This document shows, one piece after another, positions 16,653 through 26,511 of a stretch of 30,399 nucleotides of DNA. Below the pieces are notes generated by a model. That model had not been told where the DNA came from. It did no database searches and was given only the letters and a program-made list of their open reading frames with translations. Source of the stretch: a virus (Duplodnaviria; Caudoviricetes); IMG/VR virus record IMGVR_UViG_3300027963_000230, positions 1 to 30,399 of that record, one strand, 5' to 3'. Every line of letters begins with the position of its first letter. Positions within the stretch are counted from its first letter, which is position 1. Both the position numbers and the translations under genes were made by a program.

Positions 16653-17967
16653 ATTGCGGAAATCCAGAACGATTGGCGCGAAGTCCGGTCTGATAACGCT
16701 TGAGAATATTCATGCGTTGCTCAGGCGACATAGCATACTGAGTCATCTCTTTTGTTACGGACTCAGGAACATCGAACGCGCCAGTCTCTTTCAACAACGT
16801 CGAAGCACCTTGCGGCTCAGAAGTGTAGTAAAGACCTGTTACATCAGGCTTAACTTCACCAACACCGGGCCAAGCGCCAGTTCGCGGAGGCGTTACGACA
16901 GAAGCAGCAGGTTTATCAGTCTCAGCGGGCAAAGATCCGCCCAGCTTAGGTTTAGTTTTTCCGGTAATACGATCTACTTCTTCATCTCCGTCAGTACGAC
17001 CGGGAGGTTTAGAACCTTCACCAGTAAGCATACGAAATCCAGCAGGACGACCGGGCATTGCATCAGAAATGCGCATAGTTTCTGGTTGAAACACGGCAAG
17101 ATCTCCTTCGGGAGTTTGAAACAATCCATCTCCAATAGATTGATAACGAGGTTTTTTTACAGAAGCTTCTGCAGCAGCCACTCTACGTTCCTCAAGAGCT
17201 AGTTTAGCAGCATCAGCAGCTTCCCTACGAACCATGTCTGCATCTTTAAGTACAGCTTCGTTGCCTTCTCTAACAAGCCCAAGATCAATGGCATTATTGC
17301 GCTCAATCTCATCGTTAATTTCTTTATCAGCTAGGCGTTTTTGCTCGTCATTTAAGCGTTTTTCAGTAGCAGCAAAACGAGCAGCAGGTCCTTTATCTAG
17401 TGCCTCAATTTCAGTTAAGCGATCTGCCATTTTATTCGCTCGTTCTTTCTCCGATCTAGCATCAGCTTTCCACTCAGCACCCTGCGCTAGCTGGGCCTCA
17501 ATATTCTTTCTATTCGCAGGATCGCCCAGCAAACCGCGAAAGAAACCGGCGGCTTGATAAGGCACGTTCTCTCCACCAATAGCCTTGTTGGGATCGTAGC
17601 TTTTATTTGCACGTTCAGGAAAGAATCCGCTAAGATCAATGCGCGGACCATTGCCTTGAATCATAAAGCGCGGATCCACGCCACGATTTTCGATAGGCTG
17701 TTGGGTCTCAACGCGAGGAGCGTTAGGATCTTCACCACTCTCTGCATCAATGATCGGATTGTATGCTTTGTTAGCGGGCAATGCAGGACCGCCTTCGATC
17801 GGACGAGACGCCAGAGGCGCACCACCAGCCGCAGGCTTACCCATAAGCAAGGAAGGATCTATCGTGGCTCCGGTACGACCAGAGACTGGTATAGACCGAG
17901 TGCCTCCTTGTGTCTGATAGCGAGCACGCGCAACGTTCTGTGCGTATTTATTTATTGAAGATGCCAT
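16642..17967 (-). CDS. Putative internal virion / ejection protein (441 aa)
   Basis: Low-complexity Pro/Gly sequence plus coiled coil; located between a pilot-like gene and the giant protein. Confidence 0.6.
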   Translation of the reverse strand: MASSINKYAQNVARARYQTQGGTRSIPVSGRTGATIDPSLLMGKPAAGGAPLASRPIEGGPALPANKAYNPIIDAESGEDPNAPRVETQQPIENRGVDPRFMIQGNGPRIDLSGFFPERANKSYDPNKAIGGENVPYQAAGFFRGLLGDPANRKNIEAQLAQGAEWKADARSEKERANKMADRLTEIEALDKGPAARFAATEKRLNDEQKRLADKEINDEIERNNAIDLGLVREGNEAVLKDADMVRREAADAAKLALEERRVAAAEASVKKPRYQSIGDGLFQTPEGDLAVFQPETMRISDAMPGRPAGFRMLTGEGSKPPGRTDGDEEVDRITGKTKPKLGGSLPAETDKPAASVVTPPRTGAWPGVGEVKPDVTGLYYTSEPQGASTLLKETGAFDVPESVTKEMTQYAMSPEQRMNILKRYQTGLRANRSGFPQFAE

Positions 17968-17969
17968 AA

Positions 17970-18341
17970 TTATTCTACAAAGTTCTCACCAGCACTCGAT
18001 ACAGCGCCAGTATGTTTTTGAATGTTGACGAAGATTAACGGAAGGTTGTCGTTTTGAAGCCAGTGTCTCTCGCCCTTGCGGATATTGTAAACGCGGAAAT
18101 CAAAGAAAGGCCACATCTTTGTGATGTGACCTTTATTGATTGTCCCTTTTCCGAAGAGCTTAAAGAACTTACCATCAAAATCGTGATGATGCGGCGGAAC
18201 GTAAGTCAGCGCGGGTAAATGCCAGAGTTCCAAGGCCCAGCTGCCAACCTTAAGTTGAACACCTCGGCAGGCACGCCAGCGCGTTCGCCGTAGTATTCCC
18301 ACAAAGCGAGATAGGTTTTTTGTAGGGGGCTGAACATCCAT
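17970..18341 (-). CDS. Cupin-like hypothetical protein (start uncertain)
   Basis: ELWHLP...VPPHHH.FDG.F..L.GKG and RHWLQN resemble cupin motifs 1 and 2. It overlaps the 3' end of the upstream gene. Confidence 0.55.
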   Translation of the reverse strand: MDVQPPTKNLSRFVGILRRTRWRACRGVQLKVGSWALELWHLPALTYVPPHHHDFDGKFFKLFGKGTINKGHITKMWPFFDFRVYNIRKGERHWLQNDNLPLIFVNIQKHTGAVSSAGENFVE

Positions 18342-19513
18342 CCTAATCCTTTGCCGTTGACATACCACTCAGCATGAGAAGTCATCGGCTTGATAAGAAG
18401 CACATTGACAACAGCGCGCCAGAGGTCAGACCGCTGCATACGAGGTACAAGAAAGCGACTCATCATACGATAGCCTTCACGAATCTGAGGCGTATAGTGT
18501 AAATCACGCGACACCTTAACCGCGTCAGGGATATTCTCCCAGCCGTAGTAAGCCTCTGCAAAGGTCCAGCAGCAAGACGGCAGCGAACCCATTACCTGCG
18601 AGAACTGATCGAGACCAGTCTTGCGCGACGCGTTGAGTTGATTCTCTTGCTGCCTCATTTGAGAAGCATTGCCGAACAAGTTCATGCCCATCGCGTTAGA
18701 CTCCTGTCCAACCTGCGACGCGCCGCCCGTTCGAGCCTCGCCTTGATTGATCGAGGGGCGACCAGTCGTAAGCTGGAACGTGTCGATCTTAGATGACAGA
18801 GGTTGCACTGCACCCGTCGCAAGCTGAGCCGCGTTAGCGATCGCACTCTGACGCTGTTGCTTTCGAGCCTCACCTGCGCCACCGAACGCCATCGCATTAG
18901 CCACGGTCGAAGTCGCCGTCGGCGTAGCGCCAGTGCCACGCGCATAGTTCTCACGCGCCATCGAGCGATCAATCTCAGCGCGCTCAGCCCCGCTCAGGCC
19001 AGCATTGGGATCAGTCAAAGATCCCTGAAGCTGTTCGAGATTCTGCAGAGCCAACTCACGCGCACGGTAAGCTTCAGGATCAGCTTCTTTCTGCGTGCGC
19101 ATGGCCTCACGAACGAGGTCACGACCGGTGCCACTCACGATACCGAGATCAGTCTCGGCCTGAGCCTGTGCATTCTGTCGCGCTATGTCAGAGCCAGTCT
19201 TTGCAAACTGCGGCCCAAACTGCCGATAGAGATCAGCATTGAGCTGTTGATCTTTGGGCGATATCTCAGCCCGCAGCTTCTGCATAGCAGGCTCATACTG
19301 TTGAGCGGCTTGCACTTGATTCTGAATCATCGGAATAAGATTATCCCGATAAGCCTTCATCACAGATTCCATCGACTCCGAGGTGTTCGGAATAGCTGGC
19401 GACCCATTAACAAAGAATCCACTAGGAATTCCATTGTCAACTTCCAGCCGCGTAGATTCCCAGACCAACGTGTGGCCGAGAACTATAGAGAGATTGATCT
19501 CAAATGTGTTCAT
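18206..19513 (-). CDS. Putative DNA pilot / ejection protein with C-terminal CFI-box-like domain
   Basis: Gln/Ala-rich helical body, ending in CCWTFAEAYYG...RD...GY...S..LV..M..S...R.VV..LL..P. Confidence 0.6.
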   Translation of the reverse strand: MNTFEINLSIVLGHTLVWESTRLEVDNGIPSGFFVNGSPAIPNTSESMESVMKAYRDNLIPMIQNQVQAAQQYEPAMQKLRAEISPKDQQLNADLYRQFGPQFAKTGSDIARQNAQAQAETDLGIVSGTGRDLVREAMRTQKEADPEAYRARELALQNLEQLQGSLTDPNAGLSGAERAEIDRSMARENYARGTGATPTATSTVANAMAFGGAGEARKQQRQSAIANAAQLATGAVQPLSSKIDTFQLTTGRPSINQGEARTGGASQVGQESNAMGMNLFGNASQMRQQENQLNASRKTGLDQFSQVMGSLPSCCWTFAEAYYGWENIPDAVKVSRDLHYTPQIREGYRMMSRFLVPRMQRSDLWRAVVNVLLIKPMTSHAEWYVNGKGLGWMFSPLQKTYLALWEYYGERAGVPAEVFNLRLAAGPWNSGIYPR

Positions 19514-19875
19514 TATTTGCTAAATTCAGAAAGTTTATACTGTACGTTTTGCTTACTCTTACGCCGCGCACCACTCACCGACCAGTCAGGATAAAGATCA
19601 GTCCATGCGTTCACAGCTTCTCTTAAAGATCCGCGATCGCCAAGGATAGTTAAGATGTGAATGTTCTTTCGATCGTGATCTAGCTCACACCATAACGCGA
19701 TCAAAGGAGTCTCAGTCTCTTTCTCTATGACAAAGAGTTCGTTATCTTTACCCTGCAAGATACGGTCACAGTGCATCACGATATCAATGTCAGGAGAATC
19801 TCCAAAGGCAGCCTTGCGGCCGGGATGATTAAGCACCCAGTCGAATAGCTTTATGGCATTGATTTGTGCGCTCAT
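19513..19875 (-). CDS. Small virion-associated protein, possibly GNAT-fold (T7 gp13-like position)
   Basis: Directly follows the nozzle gene; alpha/beta pattern. Function is inferred from synteny only. Confidence 0.5.
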   Translation of the reverse strand: MSAQINAIKLFDWVLNHPGRKAAFGDSPDIDIVMHCDRILQGKDNELFVIEKETETPLIALWCELDHDRKNIHILTILGDRGSLREAVNAWTDLYPDWSVSGARRKSKQNVQYKLSEFSK

Positions 19876-22409
19876 ACTGGTTGAAAATATCTATCCAGAA
19901 TTGAGCCAGTTGATGTTTTGCAAACAAACTCCACAGAGAGCTTGCTCACTACGGCTTCCCAATAGGCTCCTTGAGCGGCCGACGCAAAGCTTGATTGAGC
20001 AATGGGAGGATTATGGACGGTAGTAAGAGCCTTGCCGCCAGCACCGCTGATAAGAACGGGAAGCCCATTCCAGTTAAGGCGTTCAACCAGAGCAGAACAT
20101 CCAGCCAAGAGAGCAGTTGCGCCCCAGTCTTTAAAGGGCACAGCTTGAATAAACAACAGATTTGCGTTAGTATTCGTAGCGCTATAGAAGTCATCGCCAC
20201 TAGTGAAAGGCGGTTGATGCACGACAACCCATTTGTGTTTCTTTGTGCTATTAGCTAAGGCATTCTTGAGCCACTGGAACTGTACGCTATCTGCGATCGT
20301 CAACCCCGGCGCAACAAGATTGTCGATCTCTGTCTGGAACATGGTCGTGTCATAACCAGTATTGATCAGAAAGATATCAACGTATTGACTCGTGTACTGG
20401 AAGTAACGCAAGTGTTGTTGATAGTTAAACAACGGACTCGCTGCATCAGACTCATTGTCAAACTGACCGGGCACAAACAATAGCTTGTCTTTGATAGCAT
20501 CCCAGAACGGCGTAATGGTTTGAGCCAGCGCTCCAACAGTGCCCGGACCATAACCGCCATAAGGCATACCGTAGTTGTGATTGCCCGTGCCGATAATCTT
20601 TGTCAGGCTTGTGATAGAGCGGATCTTAGCGTTGAGGGCTTTACGCTGAGTAACTTCAGACAACGTAAAGGTGGGCGGCGTAGTGCCACCGACGATATCA
20701 GGAATGCCGTCATTCCCAATCACAGCAAAGGTCTCATAGACATGAGGCACAAGCCCTCTAAAAGCATTTACACGAGGCCAAGTTCCGCTCTGCCCTACAT
20801 CAGCCGACGCAGTAATCAAGCGACCATCTGTATCAAACCTTATAAGAACGCCCGCCCGTTCAACCTCAGGCGACGAATCGACAAAGTTAAACTCTGTCAT
20901 CGCCACAACACCCTCATTCAAACCGCCGTTATAGGGGATGCTTGATTGCGTAGAGTTGTTCTGCGGCAGAGGAATGATCGTTGCAGTCTTGCGATTAACT
21001 ATCTGACCATCGCCGTACAGCAACGCTTCTACAGTTCCGCCTTCCTTTACGCCATCAAACGCCAGACGCAAACTCTGCATCTTGACGTTCTTATAGACAT
21101 CAGACGGCACAATCTCAGAACCGTATAGCGAAACAGTAGCCCGCTCAGAAGAACCAAAGAGTCGATAAACCCCGGTCGCCGTCATGAAGTAAGTATATCG
21201 CGTACCGTTGTCTAACGTAGAAGCGAACTTTAATATGTTTCCGACGCCGGGATAAATATCAAGAGAAACGAATTTCTGTAGTAGCATATCATACCACAGA
21301 ATTCCATTTCCATAAATAGTCGTGACGGCAAAGATCGCATAGTTATCATGCGTTCCAGTGGCAGATGAAGTCTGCGTGATGCCGTCAAGAAGCGAATTGA
21401 TTGGACCGCTAAAAGGCGCATTCCGACCCTCAAACCGGAACTGCGTGATCCCGTTAAAACTCCTGATTCCAGTGTCATGAACAAATGCCACATCCCCTAG
21501 CACGTCCACAACAGAATCAGGATTTAGCGGCCCAATCGAAGTAATGCTCTGATTGCGGAATGTAGGTTCCGCATAGATCAGATTGTTAAAGTCTGGATAG
21601 ACTAAGAAAGATGAGTTCTGAGTGCCAACAAAGAAACCTCCGTCATTGGCATTCATGGGCGCAAGGCACGTTACGTTGTTATAGTCTACGTTCGTGGCCA
21701 TCGCCAACGCTCCGCCCTCTGCTTCGTTTGCAGAGGTCTTGTCGCCGGTGGGCGTGACTGCGACAACAAAGTTTAAGGGCGCTCCAGTAACTGAGCGCAC
21801 GATCTGATTGTACTTTGTACCCGCGCTGGGCGATAAAGTCTCCGCCGCAACAGCGTAAAGAACGCCGTTATAGAACATCGGAAAGTTTGCAATGGGAACA
21901 TATTCAGGAACGCCTATCGACCAAGTTAAGTACGTACCTGTCACGCGAGAACTGCCGTCGGGGAAAATAATCCACGGTTGCGATGTTCCATCCATCACAA
22001 CGAGCGCAGAAGGCGTAGCTCCGACAGGACCGCCGAGTGTGAGAGTGCCGGTCGATGAAGTGACTGCTCGGGTAAAGTTTACGGTTGACGAAGGAATGAG
22101 GGCCGTAAAGACACGAGGCGCAGTAGAGCCCATCGTGAAAGACGGTATCAACTGCCACGTTCCATCTGTCTGTTTATAGTACGCTTTGCCGCCCGCAAAC
22201 CCCACAAGAAGACTTCCGGCGGCCGTAATGTCTTGAATGTTTCCGACAGTCGAAAGGTTATTGGTAACGTCAAGAGGAAGATTCACAGCCTCTACGGCAT
22301 TCTTTCGAACGCGCGCATTGATGAGAATCCAGTATTCATCCTCTTTCAGCTTCGTGATGTCCGATAGCTGATTCATTCCGCCAAGCCAATTAGTTTTTGT
22401 GACTACCAT
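19872..22409 (-). CDS. Tail nozzle / tubular protein B-like, fused to a C-terminal metallophosphoesterase-like domain
   Basis: N-terminal W.GGMN...INAR, a beta-rich propeller-like body, and a C-terminal ~290 aa with degenerate calcineurin-like motifs. Start placed at the ATG at 22409 (MVVTKT). Confidence 0.7.
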   Translation of the reverse strand: MVVTKTNWLGGMNQLSDITKLKEDEYWILINARVRKNAVEAVNLPLDVTNNLSTVGNIQDITAAGSLLVGFAGGKAYYKQTDGTWQLIPSFTMGSTAPRVFTALIPSSTVNFTRAVTSSTGTLTLGGPVGATPSALVVMDGTSQPWIIFPDGSSRVTGTYLTWSIGVPEYVPIANFPMFYNGVLYAVAAETLSPSAGTKYNQIVRSVTGAPLNFVVAVTPTGDKTSANEAEGGALAMATNVDYNNVTCLAPMNANDGGFFVGTQNSSFLVYPDFNNLIYAEPTFRNQSITSIGPLNPDSVVDVLGDVAFVHDTGIRSFNGITQFRFEGRNAPFSGPINSLLDGITQTSSATGTHDNYAIFAVTTIYGNGILWYDMLLQKFVSLDIYPGVGNILKFASTLDNGTRYTYFMTATGVYRLFGSSERATVSLYGSEIVPSDVYKNVKMQSLRLAFDGVKEGGTVEALLYGDGQIVNRKTATIIPLPQNNSTQSSIPYNGGLNEGVVAMTEFNFVDSSPEVERAGVLIRFDTDGRLITASADVGQSGTWPRVNAFRGLVPHVYETFAVIGNDGIPDIVGGTTPPTFTLSEVTQRKALNAKIRSITSLTKIIGTGNHNYGMPYGGYGPGTVGALAQTITPFWDAIKDKLLFVPGQFDNESDAASPLFNYQQHLRYFQYTSQYVDIFLINTGYDTTMFQTEIDNLVAPGLTIADSVQFQWLKNALANSTKKHKWVVVHQPPFTSGDDFYSATNTNANLLFIQAVPFKDWGATALLAGCSALVERLNWNGLPVLISGAGGKALTTVHNPPIAQSSFASAAQGAYWEAVVSKLSVEFVCKTSTGSILDRYFQPV

Positions 22410-23392
22410 AGATTGCGCACTCCTCCCTGAACCAGCGGCCAAGTGGGGAACATGATAGAAGCGTTCTGAGTCGCATGGCGCTCAGTCTGCACCATTAGCT
22501 CAGTGCCGCTCTCAAGATTCTCGCAGACTTTCTTACAGATAGTCTCAAACATATCTTTGCTCGCACTTGCGACATCCATCTTCTCTTTCTCCATCGCATA
22601 GATATACTTGACAGCATAGACCAACGCCTGAATAAGACGCTCGTCAGTCCAGATCGAATCAATATTGACGAACGGAGAGAAGCGTTGCTTGAAGAGAACC
22701 TCTACGCAATCTTCGCCCACAATGAAAGGCGTGCTTGCGTTGTAGTCTAAGATCTGAACGCGCAGATTCGACGCATAGAGTTGGTTATTGGGAATGCGCC
22801 CGATCTCGCCCTGCGTTGCGCTGTTGAGAATAATAACGTCGCTGTTGGTGTAGCGCGACTTCTTGATCGAGGTAATGCCGAATGGGCTTTCAGGCTCGAA
22901 TAGGTTGACTGTGGACTTGACAGTGTCGCCTACGTTAAAGGTGAGAATCTCTGTGACGTTGGCCGCTCGAGAAGTCTGACCGTTCACAATGACATCAAAC
23001 GGCTGCGTCTCGGCCGCATTGATCTGAAACGTCAAAGGCCCCGCGTTCGTCAGCGGAGTATGCAACGGCGTAGATTGAATCTGCCGCCATTTAAGATAAG
23101 GCTGCGTCCAAGGCACTCCATGATAGCGAGGGCGCATATCAGTGAGAGTGATAAGGCGCGACGAATCATGCCACCGCACGCCGCGAATCGCACCTACATA
23201 CCAAGGAAACGTGACGACGTGTTGATTGTTGTCGACGCAGAAGAACTGCTCAAAGACGGAGCCGGGCAGATCATACTGGTCATAGATCATCACGGCCGCG
23301 CGGTTAAGCCACGCAAGCACTTGAGTCTCTTTATCCTGTGAGTCAGGAAGAACTCCGACTGTTTCGGAAACTTGTTGGATGAGGGAGTTCAT
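22403..23392 (-). CDS. Tail adaptor / tubular protein A-like
   Basis: N-terminal helices (LIQQV...LAWLNRA), beta middle and C-terminal helices (ALVYAV); lies upstream of the nozzle gene. Confidence 0.6.
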   Translation of the reverse strand: MNSLIQQVSETVGVLPDSQDKETQVLAWLNRAAVMIYDQYDLPGSVFEQFFCVDNNQHVVTFPWYVGAIRGVRWHDSSRLITLTDMRPRYHGVPWTQPYLKWRQIQSTPLHTPLTNAGPLTFQINAAETQPFDVIVNGQTSRAANVTEILTFNVGDTVKSTVNLFEPESPFGITSIKKSRYTNSDVIILNSATQGEIGRIPNNQLYASNLRVQILDYNASTPFIVGEDCVEVLFKQRFSPFVNIDSIWTDERLIQALVYAVKYIYAMEKEKMDVASASKDMFETICKKVCENLESGTELMVQTERHATQNASIMFPTWPLVQGGVRNLW

Positions 23393-23395
23393 GGT

Positions 23396-24601
23396 TTAGG
23401 ATGTGTAGGTGGCGTAGAGACGGAGACGCCAGTTAGCTTCTGTTATAGTTAAATCAGTTGCTGTTGTTTTATCAGGTATTTGAATACTATTAGGACTTGC
23501 AAATCTTTTAAGAACAACAGCAGCACTAGTTAATCGTACAGTAAAAGCAATCCACCAATCACCTACGTGCCCTTGATTAACTGTAGCTAAATCAATTTCA
23601 TCACCATTAACATATGTTCCATCAGCAGTATTACAATAAAGAGCCACACGATATGTCGTGGGCATTTGCGCAAGAGGGTGAGCTATTGAAAGCGTAACAC
23701 CATAAGCAGGTAGATTCTGCGTCAGTGTCTGCGCTACAGTATTAACAAACTTAGTCGTAATACCACTAGCCGGAGCCGGATCCCAATCAGGAACACCACC
23801 GACAATACGCAGATAAGATCCCTCAGTCGCGGCACCGGGGCTAATCTTTGATACAGAGGTTGTAAAATCTGTCAACCGATTACCATTCATTGCACCCGCA
23901 AGAATGTCTACGTTCGGATCAAAATAACGCCATGTTGCAGTAGCGTCTGCTGTACGCGTAGTAATGAAACCACTGCGTGCTGACGTAATAGGACTGGGTG
24001 CAATCTGATCTATGTCAATAACTGCATTAGAAACTCCCTGCACGACTTGATCAGGATGATACCATGTGGTCGTTCCGCCGTTAAGATTGGCAAGAACTCG
24101 AAACGTCCCGGGCGCAACAGCGATGCCGCTGATTGCCGACGGAAGAATAGATCCAACAGTAACAAGACTTGCCAACGAGACAAACTCAAAGTTAGTCGCC
24201 GTAGCATTAACGCGGATAAGTTGCAGAGCTGCGCCACCTGCGGGAGAAAGCTTAGGAAGTGTAACGCCTGTATTGAGTGTCGCAGGATCGTAATTCTTAA
24301 TCATCGAGGTCGAGATAGAATTATCTGCGATGATGACATTAGTATTAACCCAACCCGGCGACGTTCCTTCTTTATAGACGTTGACGGTTGGAATATTAGG
24401 ATTCGTCAGATTAAGCCAAACGCAAGTCTTCCTCCACGCATTCGACCCCGTCACGTCGGGCGCAGTGGTGTCGAACAAAATCATACCATACGTCGACGAC
24501 GGAATGGCTTGACGAATAAGTTGCAGCAGCACGCTAGCGTATCCGCCAAACGTAGCCGTCGGGTTAATACCCTCAATGAAAGGATTAGTATTTAGTGCCA
24601 T
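23396..24601 (-). CDS. Tail fibre-like protein
   Basis: Thr/Ala/Gly-rich with fibre-like repeats (ISTSMIK, VTLPKLS, VSKISPG) and an AT-rich C-terminal beta domain. Confidence 0.65.
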   Translation of the reverse strand: MALNTNPFIEGINPTATFGGYASVLLQLIRQAIPSSTYGMILFDTTAPDVTGSNAWRKTCVWLNLTNPNIPTVNVYKEGTSPGWVNTNVIIADNSISTSMIKNYDPATLNTGVTLPKLSPAGGAALQLIRVNATATNFEFVSLASLVTVGSILPSAISGIAVAPGTFRVLANLNGGTTTWYHPDQVVQGVSNAVIDIDQIAPSPITSARSGFITTRTADATATWRYFDPNVDILAGAMNGNRLTDFTTSVSKISPGAATEGSYLRIVGGVPDWDPAPASGITTKFVNTVAQTLTQNLPAYGVTLSIAHPLAQMPTTYRVALYCNTADGTYVNGDEIDLATVNQGHVGDWWIAFTVRLTSAAVVLKRFASPNSIQIPDKTTATDLTITEANWRLRLYATYTS

Positions 24602-24606
24602 AAAGT

Positions 24607-24642
24607 AAAAAAGGGTTACCCCTCAGACGAGAGATAACCCTT
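24607..24642 (-). terminator. Intrinsic terminator
   Basis: Minus strand AAGGGTTATCTCTC-GTCT-GAGGGGTAACCCTT-TTTT, a 14-bp stem with three G-U pairs. Confidence 0.75.
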
Positions 24643-24663
24643 AGGGTTGATTTGGATTTTTTG

Positions 24664-26508
24664 TTAATCCACCGGACACACGTAGAAGTTTTCAACTGGA
24701 TATACTGCCGGATATGGATTCGGGAGTATTCCAATTTGACAAATACCATTCGCAAGCGCGGTACCAATCTCGTCACAACAGCTATCTGGCTTCTCTAAGA
24801 TATCCGTTTCGAGATCAAACTCTACAGAGAAAGCCCTCGTCGCAAAAGAAGTGGTCCAGTATTCAAACTGCGCACCTTCGCCGGGGATAATTTCGCCGTT
24901 ATACAGCGGATAACTCAAGACCTCGTAGCCGTTAGACCAAAGCTTATAACGCTTTACGAAACCTTGCGACACCCACTTGATCGCCATAACGTACGTCGGA
25001 ACATTGATGTTCTGACCGAGCCTAATGCAGAAATTCTGATTAGGTATGTTGATATTCTGAATCGCAAAGATGCGAGACGCGCCCGCCCAAGCTTCTAGGT
25101 TTTGCGTAAACCCAGCCACTGTAAGACTTTTGTACACCAACCTGTTCAAAATGACAGGCTTCGCACTCTTTGCGGGTTGCAGCACTGCGGGTTTAAAGTC
25201 CCAGCTGCGAGGTGCGGCTGGAGGCGTAGGTAGCGCAATGACGCGAATGTCTGTGATGTTAGGCACAGGGCCGCCGGGAGCGCCATTGGCGTAAGCTCCA
25301 GTCGCTGGCCAATATCCGCCGTTGTTGTACACTATATCATTCCCGTTAGAGTTTGTTATCGTGTTGCCTTGAAGATTGATGTTCTTAAAGCCCGGAATAA
25401 GTCCAGGATTATACAACGCCGTCACGTCACGGTCATACTGATAGAGGAAGAACAGCGCATTGTACGGTGGATTGTTATAGTTGTAGTACCAACTACTCGG
25501 ACCTGAGAGACCAACTGTGTTGTTCTCAATCGTCACATCTACCATCGACGAAGTCCACGTTGCCGTCGCAGGATTACCGGACAAGCGAGGCCAATTCTGC
25601 ACGACGAAAGAGATAAACTGTGGACAGAGAGTCGCAGTGTTGTCTTTGATTACAAGGTTAAAGCTCTTATAGCTGTCGATGTAAATGTGCTGACCTTGAT
25701 AGTTTGTAAATGTGTTGTTGCGTATAACACATCCGCGCGTGACTGCTGGCGTAATGCCGTGTAGCGGAGATCGCTGATTGGTGTTGAAGAGACTGTTGGT
25801 AAAGTCACAGCCCTCTACAACGCAACCCACAGCATACTTCTCAGTTGCTCCATTGCCACCAATCGCGACTGAAGTGTTAGCTTCGATGTAGGTAGCGACA
25901 ACGCGACTGTTCGCACCGGGCGTATTAAAGGAGCAATTACGCACAATCGCACCCTGTGTGTTGTCGGTGGCCGTCGAGGGCAGATAGCTTTGTAGCGCAA
26001 AGGCTTCACCGTTTGCAACGCCCACACCAAAGCCTTTGAACTCACAATTCTCAATCAGGTTATTTGAACCGATCAATCGAACACCGCTGACGGTTTTAAA
26101 ATAAGGATTGATAGGATCCCAATTCTCGTCATAGTTTCCATCAAACGTAATTCCTGTGATTACGCAGTCGCCCGCATCAAACGACTGATCGTCGCCTATG
26201 TAGCTGTAGGTGTTGACCATGAAGATCGAGACTCCATAAGGCAACACGCTATGAGTTCCCGTTGACGCGGCGAACTTAATAATCGTCTTGCCTTTGCCTT
26301 TGCCTAGAAGTTTGATCCCGCGCAGATACTTTGCAGGATAACCCCAATAAATCGACGCGTCAAGAGGATTAGTTATCCCAATGCCGCCGATGATGTATGT
26401 GCCTTCGTCGAACTCTACAACCCCAGTCTCTTGGAGACAGAGGTTGATAGCTCGGGCACAGTTTGTAGAGCCATCAGCGATAGCTCCATAATCACTTGCT
26501 TTTGCCAT
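24664..26508 (-). CDS. Right-handed beta-helix (pectate lyase-like) tailspike / depolymerase
   Basis: DYGAIADG..N...AIN.......V.F..GTY N-terminus; repeated I.NC.F, I.NN.F and I.NNT rungs. Confidence 0.8.
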   Translation of the reverse strand: MAKASDYGAIADGSTNCARAINLCLQETGVVEFDEGTYIIGGIGITNPLDASIYWGYPAKYLRGIKLLGKGKGKTIIKFAASTGTHSVLPYGVSIFMVNTYSYIGDDQSFDAGDCVITGITFDGNYDENWDPINPYFKTVSGVRLIGSNNLIENCEFKGFGVGVANGEAFALQSYLPSTATDNTQGAIVRNCSFNTPGANSRVVATYIEANTSVAIGGNGATEKYAVGCVVEGCDFTNSLFNTNQRSPLHGITPAVTRGCVIRNNTFTNYQGQHIYIDSYKSFNLVIKDNTATLCPQFISFVVQNWPRLSGNPATATWTSSMVDVTIENNTVGLSGPSSWYYNYNNPPYNALFFLYQYDRDVTALYNPGLIPGFKNINLQGNTITNSNGNDIVYNNGGYWPATGAYANGAPGGPVPNITDIRVIALPTPPAAPRSWDFKPAVLQPAKSAKPVILNRLVYKSLTVAGFTQNLEAWAGASRIFAIQNINIPNQNFCIRLGQNINVPTYVMAIKWVSQGFVKRYKLWSNGYEVLSYPLYNGEIIPGEGAQFEYWTTSFATRAFSVEFDLETDILEKPDSCCDEIGTALANGICQIGILPNPYPAVYPVENFYVCPVD

Positions 26509-26511
26509 AAA

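Noticed and set aside
11437-25294. Numerous + strand ORFs opposite the late genes (e.g. 18803-19594, 16612-17202, 24047-24595)
   Set aside because: Antisense shadows of long - strand genes with Arg/Ser-rich, non-protein-like composition.
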